A stretch of 64,000 nucleotides of DNA from Eledone cirrhosa (lineage: Eukaryota): positions 258,478,001-258,542,000 of the forward strand of contig OZ024742.1 of NCBI GenBank assembly GCA_964016885.1, read 5' to 3'. The position numbers and the translations under genes were made by a program. The notes beneath the pieces are model-generated. The model searched no databases, had not been told where the DNA came from, and saw only the letters and a program-made list of their open reading frames with translations. Below are positions 38,841 through 52,630 of the stretch, piece after piece (within the stretch, counting starts at the first letter, position 1; each line of letters opens with the position of its first letter).

Positions 38841-39158
38841 CTAATAATAAAAATAATGATTTCTTTATTGGCCACAAGGGCTAACATCAAGAAAAACATT
38901 ACATACGGCACAGGACGGTACAGGACGGTACGATGTGGGTTTTGTGCGTGTAAAGATTTTTTATTATTTATATAGGAAAAGAAAAAAAAGACAGAAACAT
39001 ATATATATATAAACAATAAAATTGAAAATTGAAACAATGAAAAATCCCCAATAGAGAGGAAACCTCCGAGGGTTACTCGTGGCGAAAACCACACAAAAGA
39101 CCACGGCCACCCTGACCACCAGGGCAAGCGCCCTCTCTCAATTTTTCGATTTCTCAAA

Positions 39159-42089
39159 CTACAGACACATATTCAGAGCGGTCCCGTTCACTCGGACCAT
39201 TCTCGCTACATTCAACCACCTTTCAACAAACTTGCTAGATAGCAGCACTTGCCTCTCCACCCTGATTTTCCTCTTCAAGTGAAACTTGAAAAAGTTAATT
39301 AGGGATTCGCCGTAGAGAAAAGTAACTGTCTTTAACCCTTTCAACCTTGTCCACCACACAATCTCTTTCGCCATGGCCACAAGGCAGATGAAAACCGCCT
39401 GCCCTTCATCCTCGAAGAAAGACGGCGAGACCATCTGCACAATGGACTCAGTCGATAACTGGATCAGTCCTACACGCGTCAGCAACTGTTCGACATAGCT
39501 CCACAGGTCAGCAATGCTCGGGCACTGAACGAGTGCGTGCACGACGGTTTCGTCGCTCTGCGCGCATCTCTGACAGGCTCGGCTGACGGCACTTCCGTGC
39601 CTGTAGAGCTTATCTCGAACCGGCAACGCTCCCGGGCAGCACTGCCAGACCAGGGATTTTTGAAGTTATCTATAGGCCCTGGGCTGAAAGTTCTCCGGAA
39701 GAGAGCAAACAGCTGATCTTCTTCGACGCCCAGGATCTCTCCGACAACGTCGTCGCTCTTCCCCTCCACTAGTCCTCTATAGAACGCCGAGGTGGATGTG
39801 CCACCGATACTGGTGCTCAGCTGGCAGAATGAAGTGAGCGCGTGCAGTCATTCCAGTATCCAAGCACTATCCCTCGGTCTTTTCCGGACCCAGGACTGCA
39901 GCTCGGTCAAGGAGACTAGCTGTGGGAAAACGTGCCTTGCGAACGGCGACCACACCTGTTCACCGTCAAGGAAGCACCAGAGATTTCGCAGCCTCAGCGC
40001 ATGTTTGCGCATCATCAACCAAGCTGCAAGACCACTGACTTTTCCTGGTTTATCTTTGCTCCTGTCACCACTTCGTATACCTTAAGGGCGGTGCCGAGCA
40101 TCTGGACGTGTCTGGTGCTAGACAACACCAGGGTGACGTCGTCGGCGTAAGCCGGCTCTGATTGCCCGCATCCTAGTTCGCGTGGGACGCCCTCATCGAC
40201 CCCAGTTTCTGCAGAAACGGCTCGAGAGCCAGTACGTACAAGAGAGACGAGAGGAGACAAACCTGGCGGATACTGAACGGCTGCAACAGGTTACCGTTCC
40301 CCCTCACAACCGAGCAGATGTCGCTGAACATCGAAGCGATCCAACCTCTGAAAACGGGCCCGAAACCGGCTGCCTCGAGGACCGCCGTCAGGTACCGATG
40401 GTCGACCTTATCGAATGCTTTGGATTGATCCAAGTTGATCAGGGCCCCAACCGTGCCAGGTTCCTTAACCACTCTCTACGACGTATCGCATACCTGCGCC
40501 TCTCCCAACAGATCCTTCATGATAAGCGCCAAATTCGTCGCTAACACCTTGGCTAAAATCTTGAATTCTGCGTTTAAAAGAGTTATGGGACTGAATTTAT
40601 CGATAACATCCCCCTTGTTTGGGTATTTTCTCAGCAGCGCCACCGCTACCCGGCTCACAAAACAGTTGCAGTAGACGTCTGCCAAGAGGTCACCGAACAA
40701 GTCTGGCATAAATGCATAAAACTCGTAGGGCAGATCATCCAAATCTGGCGATTTACCCCTCGTACGTTCTGCCATTTATTCCCGTATTTCACCGGCTGTT
40801 ATTGGCTTTTCGCAACACTGTGCTGCGGTCGTCGAGAGCCAAGGCAGTCCGTTGAGGCATGCACTAAAGTCCATACCACGATCCGGTAAGCCACTGCTCC
40901 GGAACAGTTCAGCAAATTGCTGCTGAAAAGCTTCACACATCTGCTCGGGTTCGAGCAACACGCGCCCGATTTGGTCAGACAAAGACTGAATTGCGGCTTT
41001 GTTGCCACGTCTCACCCGGGCCCATTGGACGGCTTTTGTCCCCTCGTGTTTCAGAGCTAGCACTCTAGCTCTGACAACGCAGCCTTCGTGTTTTGCGTTG
41101 AAGAATTGGTTGAGTGCCAATCTCGCCGCAAGCACGTTGGTTGCGATGCCTGTCCTAAACGCCTCATCTAGCTTTCTGACTAACTCTCCCTCTACTCTAT
41201 TTTCCTCTATCACTAGTGCTTTGCTAAACCTAATCGACTCTACTTTAATTGTTCTTTTCAGGGCAAACCACCACCTGTTGTTCATGACCGCTCCCGTCAA
41301 TGCCCGCTTAATTAATACGCTAATCCGGTCTCTGTAGGCTTTGAGCGCCAGGAAAGACGCGTTCAGCTTCCAGTAACCGGCTCCTTGTCTATGAAGTCTG
41401 TCTATGTTGATCTCACAGATCATAAATGTGTGGTCTGTGTAGTCGACTATTTTAAATTGTGAACAACTTATACTAGCCTTATCTAGTTCTCTGCAGAATA
41501 TCCTATCGAGATACGATCTGGATGACACGATGCGGTTTGTCCATGTCCACATTGGCACATTGGGGCGATTCAGTCGATACCTGTCAGACAGTTCAAAACG
41601 TCTGAGCAGGTTGGTGAGGTTCTTGCACCCTCCTCCCCTATCCACTAGACTCACACAATCCCAGCGTGCATCCAAGATACCGTTCCAGTCGCCCCCTAAC
41701 ACTAAAGGTCTCTAGACGTCTGAAGAAATCTGGCCGTTCTCCCCAGTTGGGGCGTAGACGGCTACTAGCCTGAAAGCATTGCCTTCGCTGCCGGTCACGT
41801 CCAGCATCACCGACTTACCTTCTGGGTCTAGGAAGATGGCCCGTATGGCGAGTTCCAAGCCTCTCTGAAAAAGGACGGTAAACCCTCCCACCGATCCTGG
41901 ATGACTGGGAGATGCGTATACATCGTAGCCGCCGAAGATCGGTGCGAAGGCTCGTGCTTCGGATATTCTGGTCTCGCTGATGGCCACCACATCTATGTTT
42001 AGTGACCTGAGATCGTTGGATAGGTGACCCTGCTTCCAAGATGACCCGATGCCACGTGCTTTTATACTGCCTATTCTAAGTACGGCCAT
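39159..42089 (-). pseudogene. Tx1 ORF2 (APE endonuclease, RT, C-terminal Zn finger), multiple frameshifts and deletions
   Basis: DVVAISET, AVYAP, GDWN, YLDRIF, TDH, YWKLN, KSPDLDDLPYEFY, LDQSKAFD, AYADD, CQRC..ETVVHALVQC. Confidence 0.92.
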
Positions 42090-43897
42090 GATGGATTAGA
42101 AACGGGGCAAGTGAGAAAGTGTCACTTACCTTGATCGTGTGGGAAGGGACTGGCCATGGGTGTTTCGAAGATGATGTCAGTGTATATCCTCTTGGTAACC
42201 GACCCTCTGAAGTCTCCAACTGCGTTGAGGAACTTTTGTTTAAAAGTGTGTACTGTTCTATTTTGTTATCAATGATGTTTATGTTTGTAGGGAGAGTTCT
42301 TGGTGTTGGTGGGGTGTAGTATTTTTTTTCTGTGATGTCTGTGGGCTGCTTTATATGTTGTATGAGTTCTTTATTTGCCATGTTTATGGTTGTCTACTTT
42401 GGGGGAGGGGGGGGGGGAGTTGGGATTGTGTTGCTATTTTCTTCTTGTTGCTGTCGGGTGTGTGTTTTGTTGTGTTTGCGTTGTTGGTGTCTTTAGTGAT
42501 GCTGGTAGTGGTGTGGTTGTTGTTGGCGGTGGTGCTTGTGGTGGCGATGGTGGTGGTGTTGCTGCAAGTCTCCTTGCAGCCTTTACCCCTCTTTGTGTGC
42601 CTCCGCTTTTGGAGGGTGAATCTAAGGGTTTTGTTTGTTTTATTGTTTGTGGCAGACCGTTTGCCACGTCACTCCCGCCTCAAACTCCATGTCGTATTCC
42701 GTGGCGTGTGGAAGGGGTATGTGCCCCACGGCTGTTGGTGGTCGTAGTGGGGCCCTCCCCGGCGATTTTGTTGCTGGTGCAGCTACTGCAAATGTAGCTA
42801 TTGGTGTTGCCGCCACTGATGCTGCTGCTTTAGTTGTCCGTGGCCCTGGTACGGGTGCCACAGACGTTTCCCTCCTACTTACCGTGGAGGGGTTTCTACG
42901 TTTGTTGCCTGTCCTGGTCTTGGTAGCAGTGGACCAGGTATTGGAAGGAGAGGGGCCTTCTTCTTCGCTGTCTTTTGCGGGCAAAAGGCCCTGAGGTGAC
43001 CCTTTGACCCACAGAGATAACATTTTGGCCGTCTTCCTTCCACGCTTTTAGGTAGTTGGCGTCCTTCCTCGAGGTCTATAATATCGGGGATAGCGTTGAT
43101 ACATACCTGGTCAGATTGTATAAGCATGTGCATGCCTATACCTGACCAGTTATCTCTCTCTATTTTCTCTACTTGTAGCATGGTCGTCCTGTCCTCGATT
43201 CCAGCAAGGACAGAGGCGGCCAGCTAAGCTATGGGTAAGTCGGCTGGGACCTGGGTCACTTTCGCCCTCATAATTCTCTGCCCGCAGTAGGAGGGCACCA
43301 TGACTATTTCATTACTCTTTAGGGTTTCCAAAGAGTGAGACTTCGCTTTCCTGGCGAAAAGTACGTCTACTGTGGCGTGCTTTCTGCCTCGGGTGATGTG
43401 GGATTTGCGCGCCCAGACGCACCACAGCGCCGTTTGAATTTGAGCCTTCGTGGCTCTCTCCACCCGATATGACATTTTGCTTACGGTTCGGTAAGTTACC
43501 GTCCGTAGCTGCTGGTCCTTGAAAAAATCGTGTGGAATTTCAGGGAAAATCTATTGGTGTTTCTTGTCACCATGGCCCTTGCGACTGCCATCTCCTCCTC
43601 TTTGACTAACACTGTTTCGATATTTCGGGCTACACCTGCAAAAGAAGTGGTCCCTTTTTCAGCGGCACCAGTATTGCTGCCGCTACTGGTCTTGCTGGTG
43701 GTGCTGAGATCGCTGTTACAGGTATCGATGTCATTGTTGATGTTTTCGTTGCTGGTGTTGTTGTTTTCGTTGATACTGTTGCTGCTGTTGCTGTTATTGA
43801 GGCTGTTGTTATTATTGTTTTTTTTTGTTGATACTGTTCCTACTATTATCGCTGCTGTGGCTGTTGTTATTGTTATTGTTATTGTCGTTCTCGACAT
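42076..43897 (-). pseudogene. Tx1 ORF1 (gag-like), fragmented
   Basis: T/N/S-rich N-terminus, VEGRRPKCYLCGSKGHL zinc knuckle, P/T-rich C-terminal part directly upstream of ORF2. Confidence 0.75.
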
Positions 43898-45039
43898 TAC
43901 CGCTGTTATTTTTGTTGTTGCTGTTGTTATTGATGGTGTTGTTGTTGGTATTATTGTTGGTGTTGTTTGTGTTACAAATATTTGGTAATTTTAAATCTGT
44001 AACAATATCATTAAAAATGATATTTTTCCTCGTTTCCTTCGTAATATTTTATTTTATATTTACCTTCGCTAGAACACTGTATTGTTGATATGTTGACAAA
44101 GTCTCCCTCTCTGTGTGTTGTCTGACAGGGCTCTCTCTCTCTTTCTTGTTTTATCACTGTTGAAATAAAAAAATTTTCAAAAACTATGTTTACATAATAC
44201 GACACCACGTAAAGGGGTGCTGTATTATTTACGAGTGAACCCCTGTATTAGTTGGGTCACTTCTTCTAAACTTTTATCAAGTTCAAAACTTGAATAAAAG
44301 GTTTAGAACGGTGGAAAACGAGGTAAACTGTTGAACAAAACTGGAGGCGATAAGAAGCGTGGCTTCACCTTTAATAATAATAATACTATTAATAATAATA
44401 ATAAGAAGAAGTAGAGGGGAAGAAGAATCACGTGGTGGATAGATTGTTATGGAATCGCTCCCGTAAGTTTTTGATTTTTAACGCATTTAAAACAATTGTG
44501 ATATAACAATTCTTAGTACAAATGGGACATAAGGCACCAGTCTTTTACTCTCAGCAAATATCCTGGCATATGGCTCAAATATTCAATTTTGTATTATACA
44601 TTTTATATTCAAAAAGAAAATGGTTATAAATGGAAGAAAACCCCTGTCTACACTAAATGGAACAGCCAAATAACAGCAATTTCACCACCACCAAAACCTA
44701 GATGAATCACCTGTCCCACCACCCCTTTGTGTACACTAAATACAACAGCCAAATAATGGCAATTTGACCACCACCACCACCAATCCCAGCATAATAATAA
44801 TTATTATTATTATTAGACTGACTTAGTGACCCGGTCAAACGTTAACGAATATGGCACTGCGCCCGCCTTCCTCACCAACAATAGAAAAGGCCACAGCACC
44901 ACCAGCGACATAGCCAACAACAACAACAGGTAGCTTCAACGAAAAATATATCATATTATTAATAATAATTTCTTTCTTACCCACGCAGTGCTCACATTAA
45001 GGAACCACTCATGAAAATAACAATTTAAAAAGCAATAAA

Positions 45040-48000
45040 AAAACCGTGACGCAGAAATACAGTGATGGCGGCCGGTGGTGAATAGCCGTGTCTCTAGGGG
45101 AGGACGACCCCTCTAGTCTTGGTTGACACTCGTCCTAGGAGTGGTAACATGAAATGATTACCCCTTGGCGGTTAAGGATAAAACGCAACAAAATAAAGCC
45201 AATGTCAAATGATAAAATCTCATACCGGATCGGCCGTCACCCGGTACAAAAAGGGCCGCGTCCTTCAGAGAGGAACCAGACTGGGGTCGAAAAATTGGCT
45301 AATGGTTCAAACCTTCCCATCAATTCGGAGCTGGAGACCTCCCATAACCGGAATACTCCTACTGGTGTCCCTCCATGCTCAACACCAAGAAATCTAAAGA
45401 AAAAGAGAGAAAAATGGTCAAGGGAAGACAATATAGATGTCCTTGAGGCTTTCTACACTGCCATGTACTATCCATCAAATAGATCGAATAGAGAACAGAC
45501 ATATATCAAATGGAAAAGGAAACATCCCGAAAACAGAGGCTATCTTGACAGTAACAAACTTAGCCAACATACGAAAAATATTGTTAAGAAAAATATTGTT
45601 ACTAACTGATATAAAATTGATTAGATCAAGCAATTAGCACAAAGACAGCGAAGGGAAAATGAAACATGTGTCAGTGAAAACGAGGTAAATTGTAACACTT
45701 CGAATCCCATGGTTGGGGGGAATCACTGACAGCAGAACAAAAAAAGAAAGGATCGAAAGAGTGGAAGAGGTGCATGCTCAAGATGAAAGTCAAAATGAAA
45801 ACAATGAGATCGTAAATGATGAAGAAATGAATGAGAATTAATTCGCCAACTTGAAGAATGAAATTATGAAAATGAAAGAATCGGACATGGGGGAAGGAGA
45901 CACTCTCCTTAAGATCCAGAACTCCAAAATAGAAACAAAAGATAATACACAAGACTACATAATTCTCAAAAACATTATCATCACAAACAAACTAAACATT
46001 ACTGATCTAAATCAACTCTATTATGCTTCGGCTAAACTCACCACTCACTTATGTGGAGTGAAAATTAAAAAACAAAGGAATTTCCACAAGAGACCTACAT
46101 GGCAAGAGAATATCAATCGCCGAATAAACCTTTTCCGATCTGACATAAAACTTTTAAAAAACTACAAAGTAGGTGAACGTGTTAAACAAACTAAACTTAG
46201 AAAATTGAAAAGAAAATACAGTTTAAAATCAACAAGTGACATAGACATGCTGATATAAACAATCAAGCAAAAAGTGTCGGCCAAAGCCGCTCGTATAAGG
46301 CGCTTTGAAAAACGATCTAGATTCTATAAGGACAATAATATGTTCAAAAACAACGAAAGAAACTTCTACAGAAAAATTGGCAAGTCAACAATAACTGCTA
46401 AATCAATACCACCCAAGGAGGAAGTGCAAGAATTCTGGGAAAAGATCTGGGCCGAAGAAAAAGTTCATAATATACATGCCTCATGGATAGACAAACAAAT
46501 GAAAGATACAGCTCACCTTGAGGAACAAACATGAGGAAATATAACAGTTGAACAGTTGCATTTAGCTCTTAGAAAAACCAGAAAATGGAAATCCCCAGGA
46601 AAAGACAAAATACCAATTTTTTGGATAAATGCCTTCACAGAGTCTCATGAGCTGTTAGCCGAAATTTACAATGAAATGGTTAAGGAGCCAGAAAAAATAC
46701 CATCATCGCTAATTAACGGCATTACATTCCTACTTCCGAAGAATGATGCGACAAACAATCCCAAACATTACAGAACGATAACTTTCTTGACCACAATGTA
46801 TAAAATTTTAACATCAGTCCTAACTGAATATACATATGACCACCTGATAACAAATGATCTATTTCCCAATGAGCAGAAAGGGTGTAAACGAGAGTCATAT
46901 GGCTGTAAAGATCAGCTTTTGGTTGGCAACATGATACTGGAAGATTGTCATAATAGACACAAAAATCTATCAATTGCTTGGATAGATTACAAAAAAGCAT
47001 TCGATTTTTTGCCACACGGTTGGATGGAAAAATGTTTAGAGATTTTCAAAATATCTCCCGTTGTCAGGAGGTTCCTGTCATTCAGTATGGAAAACGAGAC
47101 TCTTGTCATTCAGTATGAAGACATGGAAAACGACAGTCCTTTTGAATAGTGAAAAATAATCACTGGCAGCTGGAGAAGTTAATACTAATTGTGGAATATT
47201 TCAGGGTGACTTTTATCACAGCTTTTATTCTAAGTAAAATGCTCAATGTAACAAAACATGGATATAAAGTCTATGACAAAACCATTAATCATTTGTTCTA
47301 CATGGATGACCTAAAGCTATTTGCAAAAAATGATGAGCAATTGCAAGGGCTATTATCCACTATGAAGCACTTCAGTGATGACATTAAAATGAAGTTTGGA
47401 CTAGTTAAATGCGCCACGTTCACCAGAGGAAAGCTGCTGAAAAGTTCAGACATTAATCTTGATCGAGGCAATGTGATAAGAGAACCTGATCAAGAGGAAA
47501 CTTATAAATATGTAGGTGTTTGTGAAGGAGACGGAATCAAGCACTCCACAATGATGGAAAGGATAAGGAAGGAATGTTACCACAGAGTAAGAGCAATCTT
47601 AAGAACGGAATTGAATACAAGGAACATGATCGATGCCATAAACACGCTTGCCATACCAGTAGTAACCTACAGTTACAATGTCATCAACTGGTCAATCACA
47701 AAGAACCATAGGCTCGATACAAAAATTAGAAAAATGTTTAATCATGCACAGAATGCATCACCCTAAGGCAGATACAGATAGAATATATCTCGTTAGGAAA
47801 GAAGGAGGACGTGGGTTAATCAAGATAGATATTGCGTTGAAAACTGCAACAATTGGATTATCTACATATCTAAGGGAATCCCATGATTGGATGATCAAAC
47901 TCGTTTTGAAACACGAAAGCATCAAAGGATCATACTCCATTACAAAAGATGCACAAAGATACAGTAATGAACTACACATTTCAGAAGTCCCATTTACTGC

Positions 48001-48986
48001 TGAAATTAAAATCACAGAAAATACAAAGCAGGTAAAAGTAACTGCAAAGAAAGAACTGCTACAGAAACTGGCTACGAAATGGCAAGAAAATCCTCTGTAT
48101 AGAAAATACCCAGAAAGAGCTATCAATCCTGATGTTGACAAAACTTTAACTCATCAGTGGTTGGCATCCTCTGGACTGAAATCGGAGACTGAAGGACTGA
48201 TTATATCAGCACAAGATCAGTGTCCGTTAACAAAAGATTACCAAGCCAACATAATAAAAAATGGATGCAACCCATTATGTCGTGTATGTAAAAAAACAAC
48301 CAGAGATCATTGATCATATAATTTCAATGTGCAGTCCTATAGCTCCAACTGAATACCTAAACAGGTACGACAGAGCTGCACAATACATACAGTGGATAAT
48401 GTGTAAGCATCTTGACGTGCCCCATCAGAAGAATTGGTGGGAGTATCAACCACCTCCCGTACTTGAAAAGGATCACATCTCAATCTTGTGGAACTTTAGC
48501 ATCCAAACAGACCGAAAAATAGATGCAAATAAACCTGATATAATACAGAAGGACTTTTAAAAGAGGGTATGCCTGCTAATTGATATGTCCGTTCCAATAG
48601 ACAATGCATCTATAAAAACATTTGAAAAATTGAGCAAGTATAAGGACCTGGAGATAGAAATTGGAAAAATGTGGAAATTGAGAATTAAAACAATACCAGT
48701 GGTTGTAGGCGCTCTAGGAATGATACCTAAGGGGTCTAATGATTACTGATCGCAAATACCAGGAAACCCGCGTATAGAAGAAATACAAAAGATAATACTA
48801 ATGGGAACTGCCCATATACTAAGGAAGATTATGTCAATATAAGTACATTACAATTCTAAACATCTAAAGATGCATGTGTGTGCATGTATGTTCTTTCTTG
48901 AACATGGCGGACCTTGTGGTCTCTTGAGGTCACTGGTTGTGACTTGGTGATAACTCATATGAACATAAAGCAAGATAAATGCAACT

Positions 48987-49020
<34 letters not shown>
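45040..49020 (+). mobile_element. Near full-length R4/Dong-clade RLE non-LTR retrotransposon
   Basis: Single decayed ORF with RT, CCHC and restriction-like endonuclease; 3' (TAA)n at 48988-49020. Confidence 0.92.
45202..48842 (+). pseudogene. R4/Dong ORF (RT + RLE), many stops and frameshifts
   Basis: KWSREDN..LEAFY, WKSPGKDKI, WIDYKKAFD, HLFYMDDLKLF, CRVC...IDHIISMC, KPDII, IDMSVP, EKLSKYKDL, PVVVGALG. Confidence 0.92.
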
Positions 49021-49023
<3 letters not shown>

Positions 49024-52000
49024 TTTCTTTATTTATTGACCATAAGGACCGACAAATAGGTGACAATACAATAGACAAAAAAATAGAAAAGAAAAGATAC
49101 CGAAGAAAAATAACAATAAAGATTCCCTCAATAGTGCCAGAACCAACCAGGATCGTCTCAGTAAACATACCAATCCTTAAAACCCTACGTTGCGAGTGCA
49201 TCCGGGGATGTTACACCTTTCCTCTTCAAATAACCCAGCCTACAGTCGCATGCTGAGAGTAGACCCATATACACGGACCATTTTCGTAACATTCACAAAA
49301 CGGTGACGACATATGTTCACCATTTAAGAATATCTGAAGATGCCGTAGCTTCAGCGCATTGTTGAGCATCATCACTAATGGTAACTCTGTCTTCCACAAA
49401 AGGTTGGAGAGAAGACGTTCGGATTCGTATTTAGTCAGGCGCGAACAGGAGGAAACCATTTAAAGACAGCTTCTACTCGACTCATATGCAGGTGAGAGTG
49501 GCCACTCTGCTCGTTTCCTCGTCGCAAGTCTTATCCACATGCGAGTCTCTTCCGACAAGACTGCGAGCAACATCACTGGTCTGTCCTTCCAGCATCTGAT
49601 GACGCTGTTGAACGGCATGTATTTGTCTCTCCAGGGGACGAGCTGCTAACCAGCCGACCTTTCGGGGTTGAGTTGCGTTCCTACCAACATTATTCTAAGA
49701 AGGTGCCGATCTCCTCGTTTTCTTAGGGATTTGACATCATCACGGTGATGTCATCTGCATAAGCCGAGAAAGCCCTTCCACGTCCAGGTCCAGGTTCCAG
49801 CTAGATACCCTCAAACAATTTCAGCTTCCCAGTAAAGGCTCACGTGTGAATACATACATAAGGGAGTAGAGAGGGCACCCTTGACGGATATCGTGCAATA
49901 TGAAATGTTTCCTTAAAGTGGCTATGTACTTTAACCAAGGAAGAGATGCCGCTGGGATCGAAGCCAGCAGCATTTAGTATAGACTTAAGGTCCCTTCGAA
50001 AGCTTTCGATAGATCTAAAGTGATCATACCCCACCGAAGGCAGGTTTTCATCCTACCCCTTCAATGGTGTATCGCATAATGTCGTGGTTGTCGTTTATGT
50101 CGGGATTGCACAAGTTTGTATTATTCCCACCATATCCTCGACGACATGTACCAACCTCTTCGCTAATATCTTTGCCAAAATCTTAAAATCGTTGTTTAGC
50201 AGAAATATGAGCCTGAAATTGTCTACATTATGTCTCTTGTTCTCATCTTTTCTTCATCAATATTACTAAGAGTTCGCTCTTCATGTTTAGTGGATGTTCC
50301 TTTGGCAACCCCTTTAAAAGCCCGTGGCTATTTCGTGTGTGTTTACATGTCTAGCAGAGAAGCTCTCCCTAATGGTTTTATATGTTTAAGGTGCCATTCA
50401 CCTCACTATAAGTGACTGTGGGACTTTGAAGGTGCTGGTGGCAAAAATCACTACCTCTCTCTCAATTTCCCCACTTTGTGCTGTAAGGGCCATGAGATCT
50501 TGGTTGGCCCTTCTTATCAGCACAAAGTATGGTGCTTATGTTATCGGTTCTTCTGTGTGTCAGCTTTCGTTTTAGTGGTTGTGCTGGTGTTTTTGTGGAT
50601 GTGTCTGTTTGGTGTTTGCGTTTCTTGCTGTGTGTGTGAAGGTTTTTTTACACTTTCTCTGTCTGCATTTCTGTTTTTTAGAACGCTGTTGTAGTCCCTC
50701 ATCTTCCATATGAAAAGATGAGGTTTCAGTATATGAATGTGTTTGTGTTTGTGTGTTTACCTGAGCACTTTCACTTTTTTGTGTGAAGAGGAGAGGGAGT
50801 TGGAGAGCTTTCCTCATCTTCCCCTTAGGTTGATTCTGTATTTGTTAGTGGTGGTGGTTTAGCTGTCTATGCGACTGGTGATGACACTGTTTCTTCTACG
50901 GTTACTGTTGTCGGTGCTGGTGTTGTTTGTGCGGTAGCAAAGGCTCGCAGGTGTATAGTTTCATCATAAACGAAACAGTTTTGCCGTCTTCCCACTGTTA
51001 TTACTTGAATATTTCGTACCCTTCTGGCACCTAGATGTGATCAGGGATATTTTCCATGCATTCAGGTGTGATTTAGAGAAGAATCTATGAACCAGCCTCG
51101 GTTCACACAGTCCTTTTTTGTAAATTTCACATCGAGGAGGTTGTCAACGCCCTTTGCTGTTACGAATCCCGGGAACCACCATTGATCCAGTACCGTCGAA
51201 ATCCTGGGAACACGGACCCTTATTGACCTCTTCCCCGGGTAGGCCGGGTAGATGATTGTTTGGTCCGTCTTGCAGGGGACCACTGAATGCTTGATAGCAA
51301 GGGCTTCAGTTTTAAAGAGCTCATATATGGACTTGAAATTTTGTCACTTGATATGTGCTCAATGTCGTTAATGATGCATTTCAGTTTAGCCTATACTTGT
51401 CCTTGGAAGGCTATCTCCGCTCTGTGGATTTGCACGAAATGCATCTATATTTTAAAATTATCCACACCGTCACTACTATCACCTCTGCAGGGACGTATAA
51501 TTTGATCCAGGTTTCTTCTCTCTTAATGAGTTTTTTTCCGCCTGTGCCAAACGTTCTTTCTTTTCGGTGAAATCAAAGTTATAATAGTTTTGAGCATTTG
51601 CAACTATGGCTACAAAAGTAATATTATTGTTCACCTTATGGTTGCTGCTGGTGGTGATGCCATTACTCACGTTGTAGTTGTTTTTGGTGATGTTGTTGTT
51701 TTTCTTTTTGTTATTGTTGTTCATGTTGTTTTCATTTGTGTTGTCCCAGTCGTTTGTGTCTGACGTGATTTTGCATTTCGTTTCAATTGTTGTAGTGGTG
51801 GTGGTATTGGAGGTTGTAGTGGTGGTGGTGGTCGTTGTCGTAATGCTGGTGGTGCCAGAGCCAGAAACCCCGATTCGTTTCATCAAGTAATCTTTTGGTA
51901 CTGCTGTCATTGATTTCAGAATTTTGCTTCTTGCACTCTATGCGCAGCCCGCTATACCGTTTACTAGTTGGAACATGTTTGACCACCATCATAATTTGAC

Positions 52001-52070
52001 AGAAAACTGAGGGAGGGTGTTTGAAAGAGAAACACTCATTTGGCTCCTAAGGCCTTCAGGTTGAGCTAAA
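49021..52070 (-). mobile_element. Older, internally deleted L1/Tx1-clade LINE
   Basis: T/N-rich ORF1 start (51479-51910), DFKILAKILAKRL at ~50155-50192, FSAYADDIT at ~49743-49770, 3' end with AATAAA and (TTA)n. Confidence 0.8.
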
Positions 52071-52439
52071 CTACCCAGCTGACTAAGATACTGGCTCGCT
52101 TAACTTCAAAACAATAACAACATTCCAATGCAAAAAGGGGAACAACTGGGAAAATAGAACAAACATGATGTTGATGATGATGATGATGATGATGATGATT
52201 GTTCCTTGATACAGTTGCTAATTTTCCATCCACCGTGTTTACTTTCAATTTTTTTTTTTTTTCAAAAGGAAAGGGGAGTTTGTGAAGCAATTACAGATTT
52301 AGCCATTTAAGTCTTGAGATATAGAAAATAGCTATGAACGTATTTATTTTAGCGAAAATATCTCAAGATAAAATTCCAAACAAAATAGGTTTTAAAAAGA
52401 CTGGAAAAACAACAGGTCATACGAACAATTCAAAATAAC

Positions 52440-52630
52440 AATAATGGTTTTTGACGTAGGAACAAGGGCAACCATTTTAAGGGAAGAGAATGTTGAATAA
52501 ATCGACCCCAGTGTGATATTGGTACTTTAATTCATCGTCCCTTTAAGGATCAAACGCAAATCTAACCTTGAACACATAACATAAAGGGTCGTAACTGAAA
52601 AGCATAGCAGACAGATTATACAGTGCAGAC
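52440..52630 (-). mobile_element. Degenerate SINE related to family A
   Basis: atcgaccccagtg..ttggtacttt..aaggatcaaacgcaaa. Confidence 0.6.

Larger units (their letters stand above)
38851..44140 (-). mobile_element. Near full-length L1/Tx1-clade LINE (~5.3 kb), decayed
   Basis: ORF1 with zinc knuckle, ORF2 APE-RT-CCHC, 3'UTR with AATAAA and (TTA)n tail. Confidence 0.92.

Noticed and set aside
38586-39157. Poly-Leu and poly-Ser ORFs
   Set aside because: Derived from the (CTA)n array and the LINE 3'UTR
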